Part shown: positions 10,677 to 20,100 of the stretch, piece by piece
Numbering within the stretch: the first letter of the stretch is position 1
Layout of the letters: every line of letters starts with the position of its first letter
Source of the DNA: an uncultured Thermotogaceae bacterium
GTDB lineage: Bacteria > Bipolaricaulota > Bipolaricaulia > Bipolaricaulales > Bipolaricaulaceae
NCBI GenBank assembly: GCA_964448595.1
Contig: CAYUWL010000001.1
Span: forward strand, 23,222 to 87,221
Direction: 5' to 3'
Length of the DNA: 64,000 nucleotides
Translations under genes and position numbers: made by a program
Notes under the pieces: generated by a model
What the model was told of the DNA's origin: nothing
The model's database searches: none
What the model saw: only the letters and a program-made list of their open reading frames with translations

Positions 10677-11230
10677 AGGGTGCGCATCTCCTGGCTTTTT
10701 TTCTCAACGAGCCCGTCCACCCGTTTCGCATAATCCTGGGTGAGCTTGTCCAGCTCGTCCCGGAGGTGGAAGAAGTCATCTTCGGAGATGGCCCCTTCCT
10801 TCTTCTGATCCTCCAGGCGTTCGCGGACGTCCCGGCGGATGTTGCGCAAGGCCACCTTGGCCTCCTCCCCCTTGGCCCGGATGATTTTTACCAGTTCATT
10901 CCGGCGCTGTTCGGTTAGCCGGGGTACCTTAACCCGCACGATCTGCCCGTCATTCTGGGGGTTGAGGCCCAGGTCCGCGGCCAGGATGGCCCGCTCGATG
11001 GCCCCGATCTGGGACCTATCGAACGGGCGGACCACGATCATGTCCGGGTCCGGGGCCACGATGTTGGCCAGGTGCTTGAGCGGGGTGGGGGAGCCGTAGT
11101 AATCGACCATCACGTCCTCCAACAGGGCCGGATTGGCCCGCCCCGTGTGCACCTTGGCCAGCTCCGACTTGAGCACCTCCAGGGTCTTCTCCATGTGGGC
11201 CTTGGCGTCCCTAAGTAGCTCGTGCTCCAT
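10673..11230 (-). CDS. frr: Ribosome recycling factor
   Basis: 185 aa from MEHELL; RRF signatures KVHTGRANPALLE, VRPFD, LTEQRR, RNIRRD. Longer ORF to 11608 rejected. Confidence 0.93.
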   Translation of the reverse strand: MEHELLRDAKAHMEKTLEVLKSELAKVHTGRANPALLEDVMVDYYGSPTPLKHLANIVAPDPDMIVVRPFDRSQIGAIERAILAADLGLNPQNDGQIVRVKVPRLTEQRRNELVKIIRAKGEEAKVALRNIRRDVRERLEDQKKEGAISEDDFFHLRDELDKLTQDYAKRVDGLVEKKSQEMRTL

Positions 11231-11356
11231 AGCCGTCACCTCCGGGAATCCTAGCCTCGCCCGTTTGGGACTGCAAGCCCAAGGTACACCGCTTTTTTCA
11301 AAACAGGCCGCAAAGTCCGCTCTGATTTCTGCCGTTTGGGTAAAATCGGGTTTCGC

Positions 11357-12226
11357 ATGAAACAGGGGCGACTGGACGTGCGGATCTGGGCGGCGGTGGC
11401 CGCCATGCTTCTTTTCTGGGCCTCGGCCTTCGCCGGGATCAGGAGCGCCCTTTCTGCCTTTCCCCCTGGGGAACTTGCGCTCCTCAGGTTCCTGTTTGCC
11501 TCGGCTACTTTGGGGCTTCTGATCATGTTCCGGCGGCCACCCCTCCCTCGGCTGCGGGATCTTCCGGTGATCTTTCTTTTGGGCCTCCTTGGGATAACCG
11601 TGTATCACCTCTGCCTCAACTGGGGGGAGGTGGTGGTCACCGCCGGGGCGGCGAGCCTGCTCATCGCCTCCGCCCCCATGTTCACCGCGCTTTTAGCCGC
11701 CTGGATGCTTGGGGAGCGGCTGAGACCTCTTGGGTGGCTGGGGATCGTGATCGGCTTTCTCGGGGTGGGGTTGATCACGCTGGGTGAGGGGCAGGCCTTT
11801 CGGCTTGAGTCGCGGGCCCTGGTGATCGTCCTTGCCTCCATCTCGACGAGTCTCTACACCGTGCTCCAGAAAAAGTACATCGTCCGCTATCCGCCACTCG
11901 TCTTCACCACCTACGTGGTCTGGGCCGGAACATTGCCCTTGCTTTTCTTCGCCCCTGGGCTTGTCTCCTCTTTGCGCACGGCCCCGGCCGAGGCCATCGC
12001 TGCGGTTGCCTATCTCGGCGCGTTCCCGGGTGGCATCGCCTATGCATTGTGGGTTTACGGTCTTTCCAAACTTTCCGCCTCCCGGCTTTCGAGCTTCCTT
12101 TACCTGAATCCAGTGCTCGCCATCGGGATCGCCTGGGGGTGGCTGAGGGAGGTGCCGAGTGGGCTCTCCCTTTTGGGCGGGGCGGTGGCCATCCTGGGGG
12201 TGGCCCTGGCGGCCTCCCGTCGTTAG
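11357..12226 (+). CDS. EamA/DMT-family transporter
   Basis: Ten hydrophobic segments arranged as two EamA repeats; ATG 11357 preferred over TTG 11336. Confidence 0.8.
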   Translation: MKQGRLDVRIWAAVAAMLLFWASAFAGIRSALSAFPPGELALLRFLFASATLGLLIMFRRPPLPRLRDLPVIFLLGLLGITVYHLCLNWGEVVVTAGAASLLIASAPMFTALLAAWMLGERLRPLGWLGIVIGFLGVGLITLGEGQAFRLESRALVIVLASISTSLYTVLQKKYIVRYPPLVFTTYVVWAGTLPLLFFAPGLVSSLRTAPAEAIAAVAYLGAFPGGIAYALWVYGLSKLSASRLSSFLYLNPVLAIGIAWGWLREVPSGLSLLGGAVAILGVALAASRR

Positions 12227-12229
12227 CCC

Positions 12230-13693
12230 ATGCACGGCAAAAGGGATGTGGGCCATAATGGGCGGATGAGGATCGACATGGAGAAGCTGTACGCCGCCCA
12301 TCCTTTCGCGCGGGAGATCTTGAACCGGCTTAAGGGAGCCGGGCATAGGGCCGTGATCGTGGGCGGTGCGGTGCGGGATGCCCTGCTCACCTCCCGCTCA
12401 GGGAAGCGCTACGCCCCCGAGGACGTGGACATCGCCACCTCCGCCCCGCCCAAGGAGGTGCGCCGGCTGTTCCCCGACCGCAAGGTCCTCACCGTGGGGG
12501 AGTCCTTCGGAGTGGTGGTGGTCGTCGCCCCGGACGGCCGGGGGTACGAGGTGGCCACCTTCCGCACGGAAGAGGGGTATGCGGACGGCCGCAGGCCGGA
12601 CCGGGTCCGGTGGGGGGCTCTTGAGGAGGACGTAAGGCGCCGCGATTTCACGGTGAACGGCCTCGCCGCCACCCCTGAGGGGGAGGTCATCGACCTCGTG
12701 GGGGGGCTTTCTGACCTTGCCGACCGGATCATCCGCACCATCGGGGACCCGGAGAGACGCTTTTCCGAGGATTACCTCAGGATGCTACGGGCGGTGAGGT
12801 TTTCCTGCCAGCTCGACTTTGAGATCGAGGAGGAGACACGCGCCGCCATCCGAAGGCACGCCGCGAAGATCGAAGAGATCTCCTGTGAGAGGGTCCGCGA
12901 CGAACTTTTGCGTATACTCGCAACGCCCCGTTCCCATCAGGGCATCTTGCTCCTGTCCGAGCTCGAGCTCCTTCCCCATGTGCTCCCAGAGATCGAGGCG
13001 CTGAAGGGGGTGCCCCAATCGCCCGAGTACCACCCGGAGGGGGACGTGTTCACCCATACGCTCCTCGCCCTGGAGGTGGCCGACCTCCTTGACTTTGACC
13101 CCCTGGTGAAGCTGGCGGTCCTGTTCCACGACGTGGGGAAACCCGAGGCCCTGGCCCGAGCAGGGGGCGAGCACATGGGTGGGCACGAGGTCGTGGGGGC
13201 ACGGATCACCGAGGAGGCACTGCGTAGGCTCAGGTTTCCAACCCGGCAGATCGGACGTGTGTGTTTTCTCGTTTCCCAGCATATGCGCCTGGGGCGCCTT
13301 CCAGAGATGGGGATCGGAAAACAAGTGCGCCTCCTTTCCACAGGCGAGCAAGAGGAAGCTGCGCAGGAGGACTTTGTGAGGCGCTTCCCCGCCTTCTCCG
13401 ACCTTCTGCGCCTGTTCATCTGCGACGCGGAGGCCTCTGCCCACCGCGCCTCCGCATGGCTACCGCTCCTTTCGCACGTGGTGAGGCTTCTTACGCACGT
13501 GCGTCGTGTGCAGGGGCTCCGCCGGGCCCGCCAGCTCATCTCCGGCGACGACCTCCTCGCCATGGGGGAACCCCCAGGGCCGCGCCTCGGCCGGGTGCTA
13601 TCCGAAGTGCACGAGCGCATCCTGGCCGGGGAGATCGAAACCCGAAAGCAGGCCCTGGAGCTCGCCGAAAGGCTCCTCAAGGGTCAAAGGTAA
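12230..13693 (+). CDS. cca: CCA-adding tRNA nucleotidyltransferase with HD domain
   Basis: Pol-beta head GGAVRDALL ... EDVDIAT, RRDFTVN, HD motif LFHDVGKP; start may be 12266 or 12278. Confidence 0.8.
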   Translation: MHGKRDVGHNGRMRIDMEKLYAAHPFAREILNRLKGAGHRAVIVGGAVRDALLTSRSGKRYAPEDVDIATSAPPKEVRRLFPDRKVLTVGESFGVVVVVAPDGRGYEVATFRTEEGYADGRRPDRVRWGALEEDVRRRDFTVNGLAATPEGEVIDLVGGLSDLADRIIRTIGDPERRFSEDYLRMLRAVRFSCQLDFEIEEETRAAIRRHAAKIEEISCERVRDELLRILATPRSHQGILLLSELELLPHVLPEIEALKGVPQSPEYHPEGDVFTHTLLALEVADLLDFDPLVKLAVLFHDVGKPEALARAGGEHMGGHEVVGARITEEALRRLRFPTRQIGRVCFLVSQHMRLGRLPEMGIGKQVRLLSTGEQEEAAQEDFVRRFPAFSDLLRLFICDAEASAHRASAWLPLLSHVVRLLTHVRRVQGLRRARQLISGDDLLAMGEPPGPRLGRVLSEVHERILAGEIETRKQALELAERLLKGQR

Positions 13694-13776
13694 CGTCGGT
13701 TACAGCCCGCATGTCCCCCCCGCGGCTTCCCCCTTCCCTGGAAGTTGGGATCGCGGGCACGTAGGTTTGGGACACA

Positions 13777-15201
13777 ATGCAAAACCTAAGGCTTGGGCCG
13801 GACCTCTCTCTCCCACTCTCGGAGGTCATCGGCCAGTGTGTGGCCATCTTGGGGATCCGGGGCTCGGGCAAGTCCAACACCGCCGGGGTGATCTTTGAGG
13901 AGCTCCTTGCGGCTCGTTATCCACTTTCCATCGTCGATATCGACGGCGAGTACTTCGGGCTCAAGGAAAAGTACGAGGTGCTTGTGGTGGGCTCGGGAGA
14001 AAGCGTGGACATCGAGCTCGACATGGACGCCGCAGGCGGGGTGGCGGAGCTCTCCCTCCGCGAGGGGGTGCCGGTGATCCTGGATGTCTCCGACATGCTC
14101 GCTGAGGAGCGGGAGTACTTTGTGCTGGAGTATCTGGCCCGCATTTGGTCCCTGGCCGGCAAGCTCAGAAAACCTTATATGATCGGGATCGAGGAGTGTC
14201 ATGAGTTCATCCCTCAGGGGGTGAGGACCGACCTCAAGGAGGTGGTGTCCCGCATCGCCCTCAGAGGGCGTAAGCGGGGTCTGGGGGCGGTGATCGTCTC
14301 GCAGCGCTCGGCCAAGGTGGAGAAGGACGTGCTCACCCAGGCCGGGATGCTGTTCCTCCACCGGGTGGTACATGAGGTGGATATGCGGGTCTACGGGGAG
14401 CTCCTCCCCTGGCCCCGCAGCGAGGTCAAGGAGACGGTCACCGGTTTGGGCGTAGGGGAGTGCATTTACCTTTCCGGGCAACAGGTGCGCAAGGTGCGGA
14501 TTCGGCCTCGGGAGACGTTCCACGGGGGGTTCACCCCCAGCTTTAAACCGGTGGAGACCCCGAAACTGCGCCAGGTGCGGGGGGAGATCCTGGCCGCCAT
14601 TCAGAAGTTCAGGGAGGAAAAGGAGGCCACCCCCACGTCCGAGCTGGCGCTGAAAAGCCGCCTGGAAAAGCTCGAGGCCGAGCTTGCCCTCAAGGAAGCC
14701 CGCATCCGCGAGCTGGAGCGCAGGCTTAAGGACCGGGAAAACGGCCACCATGGATCACCTCCTGGGGTCCAAGCGTCCAAGGTCACCCCGTGCGAAACGG
14801 GGGACGAAGACGAACTCCCGCCAGAGGTGCTCAGGAAGGTCACAAGGCTCCTCCGCAGGCTGCGCCGGCTTCCGGTACATGAAAGGCGGCTTTTGGCCTT
14901 CCTGGTGTCCCGGGAGCCGCGCGCCTATACCACCGCAGAGCTCGCCGCGTGGATCGATTGTGCCGAGGCCACACTCCTCACAGAGCCCCCCACCGAGCTC
15001 ATCGACATGGGCCTCATTTCCTGTGAGCGGCTGGCGCGGGGGATCACCTATCGGACCCAGCTCAAGGCTTACGTGAGCGATGCCTTCTCCGGGTTCCTGT
15101 CGGATCTAGGCCCGGATGGGCAGCATCTCCTCATCACCTGCCTCAGGCGACGCCTTTCCCAACTTTCCACAACTGAGCGTAATTTCAGTCACATCCCTTG
15201 A
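13777..15201 (+). CDS. HerA/FtsK-superfamily (DUF87-like) ATPase fused to a coiled coil and a C-terminal winged-helix-like domain
   Basis: Walker A GIRGSGKSNT, Walker B MIGIEECHEF, VIVSQRSAKV...LFLHRV block; heptad-like LEKLEAELALKEARIRELERRLK; C-terminal RRLLAFLVSREPRAYTTAELAAWI. Confidence 0.65.
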   Translation: MQNLRLGPDLSLPLSEVIGQCVAILGIRGSGKSNTAGVIFEELLAARYPLSIVDIDGEYFGLKEKYEVLVVGSGESVDIELDMDAAGGVAELSLREGVPVILDVSDMLAEEREYFVLEYLARIWSLAGKLRKPYMIGIEECHEFIPQGVRTDLKEVVSRIALRGRKRGLGAVIVSQRSAKVEKDVLTQAGMLFLHRVVHEVDMRVYGELLPWPRSEVKETVTGLGVGECIYLSGQQVRKVRIRPRETFHGGFTPSFKPVETPKLRQVRGEILAAIQKFREEKEATPTSELALKSRLEKLEAELALKEARIRELERRLKDRENGHHGSPPGVQASKVTPCETGDEDELPPEVLRKVTRLLRRLRRLPVHERRLLAFLVSREPRAYTTAELAAWIDCAEATLLTEPPTELIDMGLISCERLARGITYRTQLKAYVSDAFSGFLSDLGPDGQHLLITCLRRRLSQLSTTERNFSHIP

Positions 15202-15244
15202 CGGACACCTCCCCCCCGTGCTACGATTCTAAAAAGGGGGACAA

Positions 15245-15763
15245 GTGAAAGTACGCATCGTAGAGCGTTACGATTCGGATTCGGATACGGTAAAGCAGTA
15301 CGTGCTTAAGAAGGTGGATGGCCTCTCCCGCTATTTCGATCAGATCGTCAGTATCGATGCAATTTTAGAGGTGGAGCGGGGCAGGCACAAGGTGGAGCTT
15401 GTGGGGCACCTGGTGAACCGGAAGATCGTCAAGGCCGAGGTGCAAACCGGGGACATGTACGCGTCCGTGGATCAGGCCATCGATAAGCTACAGCGTCAGC
15501 TCGTGCGGTACAAGGAACAACTCCGAGTGGAGCGAAAGGCCGGCAGACCCGAGGCCACACCACCACCTCCCGATCCTGAGGCCATCAAGATCGTGCGTTT
15601 GGAGACGTACTTCCGCAAGCCAATGAGCCCCGAGGAGGCGGCCCTGCAACTTGAGACCAGCGGCCGGGATTTCCTTGTATTCTTCAACGCAGAGGACGAC
15701 TCCCCGGCTGTTATCTTCCGGAGGGGAAATGGGGAATATGGGCTCATCCTCCCGCGGCCCTAG
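15245..15763 (+). CDS. hpf: Ribosome hibernation promoting factor (long form)
   Basis: RaiA/S30AE N-domain plus C-terminal dimerisation domain (KPMSPEEAALQLETSGRDFLVFFN); GTG start. Confidence 0.88.
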   Translation: MKVRIVERYDSDSDTVKQYVLKKVDGLSRYFDQIVSIDAILEVERGRHKVELVGHLVNRKIVKAEVQTGDMYASVDQAIDKLQRQLVRYKEQLRVERKAGRPEATPPPPDPEAIKIVRLETYFRKPMSPEEAALQLETSGRDFLVFFNAEDDSPAVIFRRGNGEYGLILPRP

Positions 15764-15775
15764 GAAAGGAGCTTG

Positions 15776-16810
15776 ATGGCCCGAGCCCTCGTTCTTTATT
15801 CGGGGAGCCTTGCGAGCAGGATCGCGCTCAAGCTGGCGAGGGAGGTGCGGGGGCTGGAGCTTAGGGTCATTTACTTCCGCTCTCCGTTTTTCCACGAGTG
15901 TGAAGGTCTTGAACAGACCTTCCGTGAGCTGGCCAGGTGCATTTCCTTTCGGACAAAGACCTTGAAGCGGGAGTACCTGCACATCGCCCTGGGCAGTGAT
16001 AGCTTGCCCTTCCCGTGCGGTGCTTGTCGTAGGGTGCTCCTTTCCCGGGCGGCCCGAACGGCCCGCAGGCTGCACGCTGAGTACATCATCACCGGGGAGG
16101 TGGTGGGCAAAGGGGGAATGGACGGTGACAAGTTGGCCCGGCTGGACGCCGAGCTCGGCCTTGTAGGGCATGTCATCCGTCCCGTGTCGGGCCGGCTTCT
16201 TTCCTCCACGCGGGCCGAGCTCCAAGGGGTGTGGCCCAGGGAGGCGTTGTTTGACATCACGGTGGATGAGCCGGGGCGTATGCGGGCCCTGGGCGAGCAG
16301 CTGGGACTTGTGGGTGGGGTGGAGGCAGAACGGCGCTGCTCCCTCTCTAACCCGGTGTACGCAAGAAGGCTTCTGGATGTGCTTCGGGAAGGACTTCCCA
16401 CCGTGAATACCCTGCGGCTCTTGGAGTTCAAGCACTTCTTCTTCATCCCGCCTGATCTCAAGGTGGTCGTGGCTACGGATCCGGGGGAACAGGCGACACT
16501 CCAAACCCTGTTTCTCCCCACCGATGTGAGGCTTTATCTTCCCCTGCCTAGATCGCCGCTCGTCCTGGCGAGGGCGGATTGGTCCCGGCATGCTGAAAAG
16601 GAGCGTGAGCAGGCGGTCGTCACCGCGGCCAGCATCGCCCTGGCCATGGCGGGCTTCCCTGGGGGCGAGACCTGTGATGTGTGCTTCCGGTTCGAGTGGG
16701 AGGAGGAGACCCGGAGGCTGGTGGTCACCTCCCCGGGCAAGGCCGAGCTCTCCTCGCTGCTGTCGGGTGGGTTGATGTCCTCTCCTGTGGGGGTATACTT
16801 ATCAAGTTGA
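15776..16810 (+). CDS. ThiI-like adenine-nucleotide alpha-hydrolase family protein with degenerate PP-loop
   Basis: LYSGSLAS in place of SGGxDS; CGACRR...YIITGEVVGK resembles the ThiI AANH core; C-terminal half unassigned. Confidence 0.4.
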   Translation: MARALVLYSGSLASRIALKLAREVRGLELRVIYFRSPFFHECEGLEQTFRELARCISFRTKTLKREYLHIALGSDSLPFPCGACRRVLLSRAARTARRLHAEYIITGEVVGKGGMDGDKLARLDAELGLVGHVIRPVSGRLLSSTRAELQGVWPREALFDITVDEPGRMRALGEQLGLVGGVEAERRCSLSNPVYARRLLDVLREGLPTVNTLRLLEFKHFFFIPPDLKVVVATDPGEQATLQTLFLPTDVRLYLPLPRSPLVLARADWSRHAEKEREQAVVTAASIALAMAGFPGGETCDVCFRFEWEEETRRLVVTSPGKAELSSLLSGGLMSSPVGVYLSS

Positions 16811-16857
16811 TGTCCCTTACAATCTCTTGGGTTGCCTCATAATGGGGGAGGTGCTCG

Positions 16858-17088
16858 ATGCCGATCTACCGATTTAAGTGTAAACGTTGCGGTGCGGAGT
16901 TTAGGGAGCTCGTGCCCCGAGGCGGGGCGCTAGTCAAGTGCGTGGCCTGCGGCTCCAGTGAGGTGGTTCGGCTCTTGTCCCGGTTCGGTGTAGTATATAA
17001 AGGGAGTGGATTCTATACCACCGAATACCGGAGGAAGTCCGAAAGTTCGGGTGAGGGCGGCGGGAAAAAGTCGAAAGAAGAGAGCTAA
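16858..17088 (+). CDS. FmdB-family zinc-ribbon protein
   Basis: YRFKCKRCGAEF ... VKCVACGS (CxxC..CxxC) with Ser/Gly/Lys-rich tail. Confidence 0.75.
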   Translation: MPIYRFKCKRCGAEFRELVPRGGALVKCVACGSSEVVRLLSRFGVVYKGSGFYTTEYRRKSESSGEGGGKKSKEES

Positions 17089-17163
17089 AAACAGCGCGGA
17101 AGAGCCGCTTTTCCGGATCGTTACCGGAAAGGGAAGGCCTTATGTCCAGCGAGGTGAGGGTAC

Positions 17164-20100
17164 GTGGCAATTTCGGGAGATGACATAAAGAAAATTAAGT
17201 TGGGGCTTGCGTCCCCTGAGGAGATGCTCTCTTGGTCTCGGGGGGAGGTGACCAACTCCGAGACCATCAACTACCGGACGCACAAGCCGGAACGGGGGGG
17301 GCTTTATGCCGAGGAGATCTTCGGCCCGGAGAACGACTATGAGTGTGCCTGTGGCAAGTACAAGGGGAAAAAATATGAGGGCATCACCTGCGAGAAGTGC
17401 GGGGTGCTTGTAACCGATTCCTCCGTTCGTCGGGTGAACATGGGGCATATCCGCCTTGCCAGCCCGGTGGTGCACTTCTGGTACCTAAAGGGGGTGGCAA
17501 GCCCCCTTTCGCGCCTTCTTGGCATAAAGCGACGGGACCTCAGGCGGATCGCCTACTATGAGACTGAAACTTCCCGTGAGGACCTGTATATCGTCACCCA
17601 ATCCGCGTCTCCCAAGATCAAGGTGGGCGAGACCCTTTACGGCACCGAGGTCAGGATCCTGTCCGGGGCGTTCACCTTCCAGGTGGAGCGAGCCTTTTTG
17701 GTGACCTCGGCTCCCAGGATTGTGGCCGAAGAGGCCGGTCAGGTCGCGATCGAGGAGCGCAAGCTCCAAAATGGGGAGCCCTTCCGCGCCGTCATTGTGG
17801 GGAAGCACGAGTACCCGGTGACCATGGACGCCGAGGTTTACGTCGAGGACGGGGATAAGGTACAGGCCGGAGAGCTCATCTGCGAGCGTCCGGCAGCAGA
17901 GGTCTGCTCCCAAACGATGTTCGAGATGCTGGCGGCCCGCTATGAAGGGGTTGAGGGCCAGCCCATCCAGGAGACGGTGGACAACCTCACCTTCCTCGTG
18001 ACCCGGGTGAAAGGGGAAGTGCCGCTGCGGCCTGGGCAGCAGATCTCCACCCTGGAAAAACGGGCTTATGAACGGGCCTTTCCGGGCACCTTCGAGGCGG
18101 CCACCGGAGCGGAGGGCATCAAGGGGCTTCTTGCTAACCTGGATCTGGATGCGCTCTCCGAGGAGATCTGGGAGCAGCTTGACCGCACTGCCAATCAGGG
18201 GGAGCGGCGGCGCTTGCTCCACCGCCTGGAGGTGGTGGAGCAACTCAAGCGCTCGAATAACCGTCCTCAGGACATGGTCCTGGAGGTGGTCCCGGTGCTC
18301 CCGCCGGCCCTGCGTCCGATGATCCAGCTTGAGGGGGGTAAGTTCGCCACCACCGATCTCAACGACCTTTATCGGCGGATCATCAACCGGAACAACCGCT
18401 TGAGGAAGCTGATGGAGATGGGGGCCCCGGAGATCATCCTGCGCAACGAGCGCAGGATGTTGCAGGAGGCTGTGGACGCCCTGATACACAACGAGAAGAA
18501 GGACAATCCCATTCGCGGCCGGGACGGTCGGCCACTCAAATCGCTCTCCGAAAGGATCCAGGGAAAGCAAGGGCGCCTCAGGCGGCACCTCCTGGGCCGC
18601 CGGGTGGACTACTCCGGCCGGGCGGTCATCGTGGTCAACCCCAAGCTCAAGCTACATCAATGCGGCATCCCCAAGAAGATGGCCCTGGAGCTGTTCAAGC
18701 CGTTTGTCCTGGCGCGCTTGGAGAACGTGTCTTTCTCCGATTACGACGAGGTGAAAAACCGCGCCCTGGCCGGGGAGCTTCCCGAGGTATGGGACATTTT
18801 GGACGAGCTCATCAAGGAATACCCGGTCCTGCTCAACCGCGCCCCCACCCTGCACCGCCTGTCGATCCAGGCCTTCGAGCCCATCCTGGTGGACGGAGAC
18901 GCCATCCAAATCCATCCCCACGTCTGCCCCCCCTATAACGCAGACTTCGACGGCGATCAGATGGCGGTGCACCTGCCCCTTTCCAAGGAGGCGGTGAGGG
19001 AAGCAAGGGAACTTATGCTCTCGGCCAGGAACATCCTGTCCCCTGCCCACGGGGGGCCACTCGCTGTACCTACTCAAGATCAGGTGTACGGGTTCTTCTA
19101 CCTCACCCTGGTCAATCCGGAAGGGAAGGGCAAAGGAAAGGCCTTTCGGTCGGTGGAGGAGGCGGAGAAGGCCTATGAGCACGGGCTGATTGACCTCCAT
19201 ACCCCGATCAAGATCCGTATCGATGGGGAGCTCATAGATACCACCCTGGGACGTGCCCTCCTAAACCTTGCGTTCCCCCCGGATCTCAGGGACTACGGGG
19301 CCACTTTTGACTCCAAGCTCACCCGACGCAAGGTGCTCGAGTGTTTCCTGCGTTACGGCTGGCAGCGTACCAGCGAGCTTTTGGATCGGGTCAAGGAACT
19401 TGGGTTCAAGTATGCCACCTTGTCGGGGCTCACCATCTCCATCCCCGACTGTGAGATCCCGCCGGAGAAGGAGGAGCTTATCCGGGAGGCCCAAGCCAAG
19501 GTGGAGCGGATCAACCGGATGTACGAGCGGGGGCTGGCCACCGAGGCCCAGAGGTTCCAGGCGGTGGTCCAGGTGTGGCGGGAGGCGGTGGACGAGATGG
19601 AGCGGGCCACCATGCGGAACCTCTCCAAGAACCCGTTCAACCCGGTGTGGGGGATCGTGGCTTCCGGCGCGCGTGGATCCTCCAGCCAGGTGAAGCAGCT
19701 TTCCGGGATGCGCGGCCCCATGGCCGACCCGCGGGGGCGGGTCATCGAATGGCCGGTGATCTCCAACTTCCGTGAGGGTCTGTCCATCATCGAGTACTTC
19801 ATCTCCACCCATGGTGGGCGTAAGGGCACGGCCGATACCGCCCTCAGGACCGCCGATGCTGGCTATCTCACCCGCAGGCTCGTGGACGCCTGCGTGGACG
19901 TGGTGGTCAGGGAACACGATTGCGGGACCCGTCAAGGGGTGGAAATTGACCCCTTGTACTTCGCTGGTGGGGGCGTCATGGAGTCGGTCCCTGAGCGCAT
20001 TTACGGCCGGGTGACGGCGGAGCCCATCTTCGATCCCCGCACCGGTGAGGTACTGGTAGCCCGCAATGTCCTGATCGACCGGCCGACCGCCGAGCGGGTG

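Noticed and set aside
10673-11608. 311-aa extended ORF containing frr
   Set aside because: RRF homology starts at MEHELL (11230). The upstream 126 codons are basic and Pro-rich, and they cover the divergent promoter region and the EamA start.
17089-17163. Possible intrinsic terminator or leader structure between the FmdB gene and rpoC (agcgcggaagagccgctttt)
   Set aside because: Only about 5 bp can pair, and that needs a bulge. It is too weak to call, so the two genes are treated as possibly co-transcribed.
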